This document shows positions 12,722 to 25,418 of a stretch of 64,000 nt of DNA, piece after piece. Position 1 is the first letter of the stretch. Each line of letters starts with the position of its first letter. Origin of the DNA: Paraspadella gotoi (taxonomy: Eukaryota; Animalia; Chaetognatha). The notes under the pieces are model-generated. The model did not search any database and was not told the origin of the DNA. It saw only the letters and a list, made by a program, of their open reading frames with translations. A program made the translations under genes and the position numbers. Location: contig CM119263.1 of the NCBI GenBank assembly GCA_051294375.1, positions 14,993,574 through 15,057,573 on the forward strand, written 5' to 3'.

Positions 12722-14154
12722 CTTTTTTTCATGGAAATTAAAAAAGTAAAAAAGGTTTTTGCTAAAAATGATGAAGCGAATAAAAATATGGGGAGAAAAA
12801 GGTCGTAAAAGCAAAAAAAGAATGTTTATGTTATTGTACTTATGTATCAAAATATTATTAAAATCTAATTTAGTATAACTAAAACGATATCAATAACAAA
12901 AACTCAGTAAGGCATAGTGAAAGTTGCAGATCAAAATTCGAATAGTTGTTCAATGTTCATGAACAGTCTTGTACTAAAGAACAATGATATATAAAAAAAA
13001 TAATAACAGTTTTTAGGATTGTGACCCACTTAATGAAATAATTTTCTAAAAAGAGTTATATTTATTTTTATGGAGCCCAGGGACGGCTGTCGCCCTGTCC
13101 TGGGCTATATATGGTTCTTAGGATTGCTTCTTTTGTGACGGGTAGGTCGTCGTCGTCGTCGATCGTTCCGCGGGGACGTCGTCCGCTCGTGTCGCGTCGT
13201 CGGCGTCACGCTGTGTTTTATATAAAACTACTACTGACTGGGCCGGGCTTTTGTATAGGTTTTTTTGGCTGGGACTTACCGTTTTTTCTTTTTCGTCTTT
13301 AAAATAGAAATTATGTTATGAGATATGATTTAAAAAAAAGGCTTTTTTGTTGACAGGAAATGTGCCATCATAGTAGGGGTTTAAAAAGATTTTAAGGTGG
13401 ACTAGTGGCCCTTACTCATGCTTGAAAATAGCTGGCTGATCAATTTTCATATTCGAGTTTGGGAAGTTGAGTATTGTTTTTACACGTCAGCTTGTGTCTT
13501 GAATTTATCCACTGACATCTGATTGGATCAGTTAGCTGGGACGTCGCAATTAAGTGCAAATCGAGACCATTAGAGGTAGTCGTCATGGATTAAATATCAA
13601 ATTAGTATATTAAGACAATGTCTTTTACATCTAATTCTACATATTGCAAGTATATGAAATATTTACGAAGATGAATTCGAAGAAAAATTGTGTGTTTAGA
13701 AATCTTATAGATAAAAACGGTACTACAGAATAATTTTCTTAACTATAAGACCTATTTCTGTTCAATTTTAATAATTAAGAGATAAATATCTTTTACCAAG
13801 GCGTGCGATTGGAAAAAATTGGAAAAATTTCCTATTGTAAACAATTTTTTTTATTTCTTTAAATTATATATATATATTTTTCTTTTTTAAAAAAAATGAG
13901 TTCAGTCTCTTCAGTGACTGTACAGCGGCCTTCCAGCAGCTGTCCAGCTTTGTCTCTCTTTCTCTCTCTCTCTCTCTATCTGTACGATCTCATGCCTGAT
14001 CGTTCGTTTTTTGAAAAATTCTGTTTATTTTTTTCCTTCTAAAAACTGTTTTTTTTATTATTATTTTATTAATCTCTCTATATTTCTCTTTCAATCAACT
14101 CTGTCGCTCTCTCTCTCTCTCTCTCTCTCTAATTAACTCATCGCGTCAATAAAT

Positions 14155-14388
14155 GACTAGCATCACATCAATGAATGACTATCATCGCATCAATGAATGA
14201 TTATCATCCGATCAATGAAGTACTATCATCACATTAATGAATGATTATCATCGCATCAATGAATGATTATCATCGCATCCATCAATTGGTTATCATCGCC
14301 TCAATCCTTTGGTTATCATCGCATCAATATTTGGTTATCATCGCATCAATATTTGGTTATCATCGCATCAATATTTGGTTATCATCAA
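14155..14388 (+). repeat. 21-22-bp minisatellite
   Basis: units drift from atgaatgattatcatcgcatca to atatttggttatcatcgcatca. Confidence 0.9.
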
Positions 14389-14470
14389 AAGCAGGCTCGA
14401 TCCCTATTGCTTTTAAGATTTTTTTTATCAACTTTTCGTGAGGAATTCGAATCAGCTTTTGAAAATAATA

Positions 14471-16202
14471 TAGAACCAAATTCTTAAAATCGATCCCAAA
14501 CCTTTTTTCATAATGTTTTTATATTTTTGGATAGAGAATGACTGGAATAATGTAAATCTTAAGTTGCAACTAAATTGGCCCATGGGTTTTGAAGAAATCG
14601 ATCAAAAACAACCAAAATTCCTCTCCTTTTTTCAACATTTTCGCCTTTTAAGATTTTTCGCCGATTCTGACTTCCTCTTACAACTTTAATTCCGCTAGTT
14701 AATTTTTTTTCCTTAAACGAACAAAAGGAATCCATAACTTTCTATTATTTTATAATTTCTGGGTAAAAAAATATAATGAATTACATTAACATTGGATATT
14801 ATGAAAGTATAATGTCTTGTGAAGGCCTGTGAGAGTTATAATTTTAAAAAATCGCCTATTTTATTATTGAAAAATGACAGTAAAGTGAAGAAGTTTGAAT
14901 GTCTTCCGGCTCATTTCAGTAAACATCCCTGTTCTCTAGCATAAAATAATGTTTAATTTTTGCTGTGGAAAAGAAAGATAAATTACTTAGGCTGTGATGG
15001 GGTGAATAATATTTTGTAGAATTTTGTAAGCATGCTTGTAATAGCAGTCAAGCAAATATTTAAGTTAAATAAAAATTATATTTTCTTTATCCAAAAAACT
15101 TTAAAGTTTTACTAGAGTACAATTTAGCCTTTTTCCTTTCAGAATCACTAAAAGAATTTAATTTTCATTTATTTTTATGGGGTTTCATTAGTTTTTAAAA
15201 TTCATTATAATTTTGACTTAGTTTGACACTCACCCTGTAAAGAGGTTTAAGCAAAACTAATTCTAATATTGTAACTTGTATGTGCCCAATGATTATGGCT
15301 TCATTTTGGTACTATTGCCATCCCTGTATCTTTGTTCCTTCAAGAGATATCAGGAAAAATCAGTTTTTTTCTCTCACCTTCCTATTAATTTCTTATTAAA
15401 TAAAAATTTCATGTTGTCAAACCAGACCAATGGACTTTACCACGTTGGTTTACTATGAAGAGTTTGGTCAATAATGAAAAGAAAAATTTGGCAAGCTCTT
15501 GAGACAAGAGGCTTTCTAAATCTCATAATTCGAAGTAATATTTATAATGTTAACATACCCTAGCCCCGTTTACAATTTTTGAAAAACAAAATTCCCTTTC
15601 ATTTCTATAGTAAAAACAAGGTTTGAAAATTCTCTGGAGATGACCAGTGCATTTCCCCTGGCTTGTTTGATATTAAATCCTTTATCAAATGCCATAAGAC
15701 GAATTTGGCTAGCTCTTAAGATATAACGCTATCGGAATCGTGTGTTTTTACAACTGTGTTTTTTACCCGAATTTCTGGCAATCTCGTTTGCAATTTGGGT
15801 AGTCAGATTTTAACAGAAATCTCTATTGAGAAAATGTTGAATTTTTTTTAAAGCGAGATTCTCGTCTAAATAATAAAAAAAAAACATTTTTACATTTTAA
15901 TATTTTTTAATTTTCTAACCCTAATGTATAAATATGGGCTAATGTAGTCGAAAATATTTCTTTTAAAAAAATTTAACTTTTTTTTAATAGAGATTTCTAT
16001 TCAAATCTGACTGCCCAACTTTACAAACGGGCCTGCAAGAAATTCCAGTAAAAATTTTGGTTGTTTTTGGTCGATTTCTTCTATACCCATTGGCCAATTT
16101 AGTCGTAACTTAAGATTTACATTATTCTAGTCATTCTCTTTCCAAAAATATTAAAATATTATGAAAAAAGGTTTGGGATCAAGTATCGGAATTTGGTTCT
16201 AG
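14471..16202 (+). repeat. dispersed repeat copy 2 plus an inverted, internally deleted copy (gives ~150-bp terminal inverted repeats)
   Basis: TAGAACCAAATT.. at 14471 and ..AATTTGGTTCTA at 16201; ~15965-16050 = rc of ~15760-15850. Confidence 0.8.
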
Positions 16203-16215
16203 CTAAAAATTAAAA

Positions 16216-17466
16216 AACAATTTTGAGCAAACAATGTCGGATCTGCCTACGAAAATTAATTAATTAATCGATTAATTAATTAATTAATTTTAATATTTAA
16301 TAATTAATTATAAATTTATATACAGCTTATCATCATCGATGTCCTTATAATAAAGTAAATGTGACTTATATTTTTCTATTAAAACTCATTTCCACTGGCA
16401 CAATTCCGTCAAAACTTTATATCTAGCTTCTTCACAAACTTTCCTTCCCGATCATAAAATTTCATCTCAATCTATTATGGGTTAATATAAGTAAAAAGAG
16501 TTAAGTAAATGTGACTCATATTTTTTTCATTTAAACTCATTTCCACTTGTACCGAAACTTTACATCAAGCTTCGTCACACATTTTCCTACCCACACACAA
16601 AATTTGAACTCAATCTATCAATCCAATTATGATTATTTAGAGTATTTATTGGTTAAAATAAGTAAAAAGATTTTAGTAAATGCGACTTATGTTTTTTCCA
16701 TTTAAACTCATATCCACCCACACGATTCCATCGAAACTTTATATCCAGCTTCATCACACATGTTCCTACCCATACACAAAATTTCATTCCGATCCAACCA
16801 GCCAATCACGAGTTATTGGGGCTTTTTGCTAAGGTGGGATGGATGGACGGATTGATTGACTGATTAATTTATTAGTGATTAATTGACTAATTAACTGATT
16901 AATTATTTGATTTATTAATACATCCTGCATATACATTTAATATAAAAGGAAAAAAAATCATAATCAATTAGTGAAACAGGTTTTTTGTTTTTTTCCATTT
17001 AAACTCATTTCCACTCAAACGACTCCATCGAAACTTGGTTTCCTGTTCAATCACACACTATCCTACTCACATACAAAATTCCAGGTCAATCGCCCCATCC
17101 ACTCAAATAGTGAATTATATTTTTTTGTTTTTTCCATTTAAACTCATTTCCACTTGGACGATTCCATCAAAACTTTATATCCAGCTCAATCACACACTTC
17201 CCTACCCACACACAAAATTTCATTCAAATCCATCCATCCAATCACGAGTAATTGGTGTTTTTTGCTAAGTTGGGACAGACGGATGGATGGACGGACGGAC
17301 GGACGGCAGACAGACGAACGGACAACATTTTTTTTGCATAATTTATTATAATTCAATGTTCTGACATGATATAAGTTAGTGCCCCACAATATTGAGGGGG
17401 CGGACCGACGGACCGACAAAGTGAATTATAGATTCGGGATCTGCTGAAAAGCAGATCCGACTAAAA
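16216..17466 (-). mobile_element. non-autonomous Helentron-like element (HINE/DINE-1-like)
   Basis: Subterminal inverted repeats GTCGGATCTGC/GCAGATCCGAC, hairpin GGATCTGCTgaaaAGCAGATCC, (GGAC/GGAT)n microsatellite, internal tandem subrepeats, T/A-run flanks. Confidence 0.7.
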
Positions 17467-17642
17467 AAACAAATACATTTTATTTAAACATATTCTCAGT
17501 TCATTATCTACATACTATTCGAATTTTGATTCTACTTGATTTTTTTTTTTTTTTGCTACGCTTTAAAACTCAGGGAGTGATTTAAGGATTTTTATATGTT
17601 TATAAGTAAAATACCTGATTCTGGAGCAAAATTTATTTTTAC

Positions 17643-17941
17643 CTCTCTCTTGGTTTCAGAATATACGCCGTCCTTTGTCTTTCTATCGATGTAATCGTAA
17701 CGCACCGATCTTCGGCTTTCAATCATTGGATTAAAAAAAGGAGGGCCTAAAAGAAGCACATCGCACTTTAGAGCACTTCGCACTTCTCGAATTAAATGAT
17801 GCTTCTGACCTTCTGGTAAGTTATATCTCTGAATAGTCCATATAAATCGTAAATAATAAAGACATAGTACGTCGTACACTATGCGCCCAATAATGGCGAA
17901 ACTGCTTCGCTCTCGAATACATTCAAACGTTCTTATGTAAC
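17643..17941 (-). CDS. probable coding exon, possibly the N-terminal part of the channel gene
   Basis: ttcag acceptor and gag|gtaaa donor with an open 299-nt frame (YIRTFECIRERSSF..YSETKRE). A compatible ATG mini-exon lies at 18033-18057 (MTFKKRFK). Confidence 0.45.
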
Positions 17942-19641
17942 CTGAATAAAAATATCATTCGGAATGGGGTTAAACTATTTTTTTTTTTTTTTTTATTATT
18001 TTTTTTCATTTATAGTCAAGATTCTAATTTACCTTTGAAACGTTTTTTAAAAGTCATTTTTTTTCTGAATCGATTCTATTTCGAAAAGTCTCTTATCTTT
18101 CGCTGTTCTTTCTTATTGTATATTCCCATATAATTTTATTTATTGTCCATAGTAATCAGCAATTTTGAATAGAATACTAACGCAATTTTCTAATGGATAT
18201 TTTTAACTTAAACTGGATACGAAATGAATTTTCACTTTGCATTACAATCTAAAGACTAAGAAATAAAAAGCAATTTATTTCTCGCGAGAATTTTGTTTTG
18301 TGAATGCTTGAGCCCTTCCGCCCTCTGTAATAGAAAACGCGAGACTCGATAACAAACAAAAACCACTAATCGCAATATTAGTGAGTATTTAGTAACTATT
18401 AAGTTTATTAACCTGGCAAAGATTATGTTTTAATTATCTTTTATGAAATAGAATATGATACAAATGATTTTTACTATTGAACTGTATCGGATTCATACTG
18501 TTAACACGCTTAGTTACTCTTTAGTTCGAAAAATGTAATTACTGTCTCTTCATCATTGCTTAAATTTACTGAGTTCCTGGAAATCTGATTTTCTGATGTT
18601 ATACTTATTGTATAACTGCTTGTATCTCTGTTATCTGCTTTGTGTTTTTGTAAAACCACTGTGGCCCATGGTCCTCGGACCCGCTGTATGAATAAATACA
18701 ATACTGAGGCGACTACAATACAATACAATACAATACAATACAAGTATTTAGAGTATCCTGCCTCTCAAGAAATTTCATTAGTTATGAAAATTATTTTACT
18801 ATACAAGGCTAGCATGTTTGGAGAGATTAATTTCTATTTGGAAGATTTTTTTTTTTTTTTTTTTGGAAAACTTATCACTTGTTTTCATTTTTGTAATTTA
18901 TTCGCAAGAGAGAAAAAGCATTAAAGGACATTGACATTCGATTTTTCAAGACAATCAATATAAATCAACTTCGAGGTTGGGCGACGGAGGGGGGGAGTTG
19001 AAAAAGGGGACCAAGTCTTGCCACGAACTCGTAACGAAATATTCAATATGAATAAAATTTTCGGTATAAAAGATTTCGCGTCGTCGTCGTTTTCGTTATC
19101 GTCATCGTCATCGTCGACGCAAAAGAAAATAAAGATACAAGTTTATTATTTTTTTTTTGTGTGTGATTTTTATTAGCGACGTTTTGAATAGTAAAAAATA
19201 TTGCTTCAAGTAAAAAAATGCCAAACCAAAAAAAAGAAAAAAAAATTGCAAGAAAAATTGGTTCGTCCAACGAATCAGAATTATTTTTCAAAAAAAAAAA
19301 AACGGAGCGCGGATTGGGATGGGGGCGGGTTCGAACAAGTCTTTCGTCAGAGTATTATTTTTACACGAGATTCTACTGCATTAAGAAAAAAAAAAACAAA
19401 GGGGGAAAAAACGCGAAACGACGAGACGCCGTTTTTTTTTTCCAGCCAATGAACTAATGACAACAAATTACAAATTTAGATGAAAATCTCTCGACGCTCA
19501 AATGCTTCGTCGTCGTCGTAATGATGATAATAACAATATTAATAGTAATACGATGATACGCTCGCCAATGGAGAGTCGGGAAGGGGAGCACCGGAGCAGA
19601 CAGAGTAGAGTCTGGAGGGGGGGGGGTCGGTTCAAAAGAGG

Positions 19642-19901
19642 TTAGACCAGATGCCCGCGCTCTTGCGGATGGAAAAGGAGAGCGGAACGCCGGGCCGTCG
19701 CGTCGGCGGTGCGGCGTCGTCCCGCGGCGACGTCGGCGCCGTCGATTCGGTTGATGGGAACGATAGCGGCGTGGTTGGCGTCGTCGGTGTCGTCGGCGTC
19801 ATCGCCCTCGGGGGAGCCCGCCGAACCGGGGCGGAGGGGAGGGAAGGGGTGAGGGGGCAGGAGACGCGGCGGGGAGGGGGGGGAAGGGGGAAGGGGATTC
19901 T
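19642..19901 (-). CDS. NPHS1: nephrin terminal coding exon (alternative acceptor at 19929)
   Basis: Pro-rich NPLPPSPPSPP..LFHPQERGHLV then TAA. Confidence 0.8.
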
Positions 19902-21809
19902 CTGGGGGACAAGGGCGATTGTCTTTGTCCTGATAGCGAAGAGGTGTGAGAGGGGCGGTTTGGCGGGAAAGGAAGAAAGTAAAGTAGAAAAAAATTAAGT
20001 ATTTGTTTCGGCGAAAGAGAAAGAACACCGATTACGATTTCATGTGAGATGCGTATACACGTAGGGTGGAGTTAAGATGACGTGGAGATCACATGGTCGA
20101 AAGAGAACGATAATAAGATACAAATTTTGATACATTAATTTTGAAAAGAACTTAATTTAATGGGACCTCTTTCAATCACTCCGTTAAAGGGAATTCTCTT
20201 CTGAATCTGGTAGAGTAAAATAACATGCGAGGGTCACAGCCCATAGAAAATTGCAAAGTCGAATATATATGACAAAGTGTGATTACTACATAAGACTAAA
20301 CAGAATTCTTATTGTGTACGCAAAGGGCTGACCGGATGCAACGGAGATTATAACTATTTATTCATTTTAAACTTCTGAAGTAACTGATTTGGGAAAAAAG
20401 TCTCTTAAAAAATTCTACAGTGATTCTGAAACTTATGAAAGTTATGAAAATTGTATAAAGCATAATTAAAGGTGCATTTACTAGATTAATGAGAGTTTTA
20501 TTCTTGAAAATAAAAGTGCACTGATGGATAAATTCTCAAAAACTAAATTTTTAACAATACGCGATTGCGAAAACATTCCATTTTTGATAAATAAATATCA
20601 TGATCATTGTTTAATTTACATAACATCGATTTATTAATTTTGATGATCTATTTTTCTCAAATCAATCAGAAGTAAATGAAGAGATAGATTAAACACAGCG
20701 TTTAATCGCGACCGAGATTAAATCTTTTGGAGAAACAAATTTTTTCTACTCGCGAAGTGAGCTTGGCTTAACTCGGGGACATAAGCCGATTCCTTGGACG
20801 ACGAAATCAGCCGTGAAACCTTTTTTTCCCTTATTAACTAGTTGTACATAATTTATTATTTTTTAAAAGAATGGATAATTTTTATATTAGTTTTACCAAT
20901 TTCATAAAATTCAGCTCCTTGTATTATGATGTTGGGCGGAGTACAATATAGTCTGGGAGACTGTGAGAGAGTCTTGATTGACCTGCTATGTCATTGTCTT
21001 GAGTCGCCCATAGGCTTATTTTAATACCATGACTACGATGGTCGGGGCGATGAAAATCTCATCACTTTTATATGTAGCTTATTTTCTTATATTCTATAGC
21101 GTCTGCTCCATACCGAGCTACTTTTAGTTCTTAGCTACTAAGCACTAGGTTCTTCTTATGGACCAAGTTGCAAAGAGAGTGCGACTGTTTCATAATCTCG
21201 GTCGCGATTACACATTCGCCGGGTTTTATCCAAATTTGGGTTAGTGTCATTGATTCCGAGATTGGATCGGCGATTTGATCGGTGATCGGTTTTCCTTTCA
21301 CGAATGAGAAAAATTACATGTGGCACCGAATTCCGAGTGCGTGCTTTAAGTTAATTTTTTGGAGGTTAGAAAACAAAGACGAGGGAAAAAGAGGGAAGGA
21401 AAAGGGAGCGTGTGTCGGCATTAATTTTTTTTTTTTTAAGTTACCTCCTTCGCATGTCATCTTTTCAAGTGAGACGCGGTCTCTCCATCTCTACTTCGCT
21501 TTCTCACTTTCGCGATGCGCTGGCGAGGGTCAGACTATCGCAATGAGGTCTCGTTATTTCGAAGCGAGAGAGACGGAGAGAAAACGCCGTCTCTTTTTTG
21601 GTTTCTGTCTCTTGGCAACACGGCACTCAAGCGCACGCGCAAGAAAAAAAAAATGCAAAAAGATTTCGTGGTTGAAATCGTGAAAAAGCCCCATCATCTC
21701 TTCGCAGTGACGAAGGCGGCTCTTTCGAGGTGGGGAGGGTAAGACGCGCGGGAGACACGCCGAGAAAGAGACAGAGACAGAGATAGATCGCTAGACAAAG
21801 AGAGAAAAT

Positions 21810-21876
<67 letters not shown>

Positions 21877-24800
21877 TCGGTAGCTTCGTCTCCAGGCGGC
21901 GCTCAAAAGAGCGTACCTTGGGCGAATGGCGGCGGTACGGCGCTCTTGTTGTTGACGCCGCCGATTTGATGGAGGTGAGGGGGAAAGTCGTGAAGGGGCT
22001 TCAAGTATTCGCTGCTTCCCAAGAGGGGGTTGGCGCCACCGACGCCGCTTCCCCCTAAGGGAGAGCCGACGACGGAGTGAAGTGGATGGAGGGGTTGACG
22101 GTTGTGGTTATCGTCCCGGCGATCCTCGAGGGCCGACCTCGTTAGGGCCTCGGAAGTGGGGGCGTGGGCGGGGGCGAGGGGAGGGACGGAGCGGGTGGGC
22201 GTGGAGCCGGCGGGAGACAAGACGGTCCCGCTGGGGGGCCCTCCGTTGGGGCGGGAGGCGAGACGCGGGGATCGTCTTTTCGAGAGGATAGGAAAAAAGA
22301 GATAAAATAAATTGTAACCAGTGGCCGCGCCAATACATGTAAATCACTTTCAAGGGCTTAAACCGAACTGTTAATGCGGCACTAATAACATTTTGCTACT
22401 TGCAAAAATATTTTATAAATCAAAATGACATTATTTTTATTTCGATATATTATATATGATTAAAATGCTTTGATCAATACATAGAATAAAAAAATTTTTG
22501 GGAAATATTTAAAATAATAATAATTTCACCAAAAAAATTGCTATTTTGTTGAAGAGCAGGTGCAAGTGAAGATCTAGTGGGTGCAAATAAAGTTTATTTT
22601 TAATATCCCTTTGTCTTACAAAAAACTTCCTTCTTTGTAGAGCCCTCTCGTCGAATAGGGCGAAAACACAACAAAAATTTAGTAGGACTGTTCTGTTGTT
22701 TCAGAAAAAAAGATTAAAACCTCTGGTGGATATACTTAAACTAAATTGTATTACTATTTTGTTTTTAGAAATGCTCTTATGATTGTACCGCCCTCTGAGT
22801 TATTAAGATTTAAACGGGAAAAAATTTTCTATTTTGCGTAAAGCTATTCAAGTGAAGATCTAGTGGGTGCAGACAGAAGAGCAAATTTCTATAGAAAATA
22901 AATGGAAAATGATCATACTTTCTCTACTATGATTCATAGTAGAGAAAGTAAGAGACAAATCCTCCTCACTAAAGTGATTTACAATTAATTTAAAAGTAAA
23001 GAATTATTTAAGAACCATTGCGTAGGCTAGCATAGCATTAGGGGAAACATAAAATTTTACCACTACTAAATTCGAATTTTTATCTTTTTACCTCATCCTA
23101 ATTTTTATCTTTTTACCTCCTCCTAATTTTTTCTAATTGTCATCTCTGATCCCCATCGAACCTTCCATAAGTCGACACCGCTCTGCCGGTGTCGAGATCG
23201 GCGTCCACGCACGTCCCGAGTCCCCCGACGAGATGCTTGGTGCCTCCAGCCGTTCCTCCGGCGGAAGTGGGGGTGAGGGCGAGACCGGAAGAGACGCCGC
23301 GCCCGATTCCATAGGCGCTGACGGGTCGGTCGAAGGGACGGCCAGGTACGGAATGTGACTTCGAAGCGTAAGGGAGATGGTCGGAAAAGATGTTGAGAGC
23401 GTTGGTGAGGGGATTTGGTAAAAAGAAAAAGGTTAATACCCGGTACCATACGAACTCGGTCAAAATATTGATGGATAAGATCATTAAATTAAAAACTGGT
23501 GTGGTTTCTTCGTCGTATCCATCCTTGGGTTTAAGACAGAAGAAAACAATGACGATGGCGTCTTCGTCGTTGTCATCGTCCTCGTTAAAAAGAAAACAAC
23601 GTGCAAAACAAAAACGGTTTTCTCGCTAATAAAAACAAAAACTAATGATGTGGTGAATTGTAAACAAACACAAAAACCTCGCTACATCTTTGCCCCAAGG
23701 ATAACCATTTTTCAATTTGTTGTAAACGAATTTTACGAAGGTAATATTTTTTTTCTTTCTTTTACTTCGTTGTTTCTCTCTCCCTTTTTATTTTTGTACT
23801 TCTTAACTGATCCTTTATTCTGCAAATTTATCCCAAATTTAACAATGTGACAAGATTTAAAACACAAGCGAACGCGTGTAAAAATTAAAGGCAAAGCAAA
23901 GCGCCCTATCTAGCAGACCCGAACGCTCCCCCTGTCTCCCGCTCGGCTGCTTTTCGCGCCATTTCTCCCGGTCGTCCCTCTCCCGGCAAAGGAGGACACC
24001 GCCAGTCTACTTTTGACTCGCGGTTCTTCGGTCAAGGGTCATGTTTTTCCGCCTCGAGCCTCGAGTTCCCCAGTGGAATCCACGGAGGGATACGCGGGGT
24101 TTAAGGGGGGGGGAGCGGGATCGTTTTTTTAAATGCACGGGGCCCAGGAGGGGAGTGGCGGGAGAGAGGGGGCCCGCTTCGGGTCTACTCATGAATCTCA
24201 GCTCATGTCATTCCTCCTCTTTTCACTCCTTTTTCCCTTACCCTTAATAAGGTTCTGCTTTCAAACGAAAAAAGAAGAATAAGCTGAAAGTTGACTTTTA
24301 CCTCCGATCAAAATCTTTTGGCCAAAGGACATAGCATTGACCGAGGCCCCAAACAAGCTACCATCAATAACAATTGCAAAAAGTAACACCATTGTGAACG
24401 AAGCGACAATAAAAAAAAAAAAAAAAAACAACAACAGCAACGACAATATCCACAGTAACAGCAAAAACAAGGACAACAACGCCGAGGTAACAAAAAACAA
24501 AGGGCAATCGAGTCGATAGAAACGACGGAGGAGAAAGCGCGCGGAGGCACGAAAAATGGGGAAAGAGGAAGAAAAAAATATATTTAGGTGAGGAACAAAA
24601 CGTGGTGTCATAGTAATTCGTTTGAATAGAAAAAGAAAATCTGAAAACACAATAGCGTCGATGCTTGTCCCACTCATCTAATACGTAAATCCACCATGTT
24701 ATGTGATGTTTCTTTTTCAGTTCCTCGGCCGGGTTTTCGAGCTCTTTAGCTATATTCGCGCTTTTATTACAAGATTGTAGATTAAAACCAAAAACATTTT

Positions 24801-25347
24801 CAGAATCTGCTCTTAGCTCTTACAAGATAATGACATAGGAGGTCCCTGCAACTTTCAATCATGACTCTCTCACAGTCTCGTTTATTCACTCTTTTATTTT
24901 ACCTTGATACCAATTTTTATGAAAAAATAATAAGTTTTACTACTTCAAATGAATATTTGAAAAAAGTCCAGAAACAGCTCGAAAAACCGGTATTTTTTTG
25001 ACAGACTATTATGTTTTTTTTTTTTTGTTTAAATATAGTTAATCGAGACAGAGGAAGGTGACAGTTGGACAAATATTAACGCTAACGTGTTTCGCGCAGG
25101 CGAGATTAAAAACATTATTGGGTTAATAAAAGGAATACGCGCAAGGTAATTTCGTCGAGTTACGGCGAAAAATGGTCATTGCGAAACCCATTCTCGTTTT
25201 TAAACGAGACCAATCGCTCGCTAGAAAAAACTAACTAAAAAAAGTCCGAGACCAGTTACATCGCCGTTGAGTTAAAAATAAAATGGTGTAGGGTTTTGGA
25301 TGCACAAAATAGAACTAAACTTATTCTTATATACACACAAACTATAA

Positions 25348-25418
<71 letters not shown>

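Noticed and set aside
14155-14388. CRISPR-like array
   Set aside because: Tandem units with no unique spacers, in a eukaryotic context
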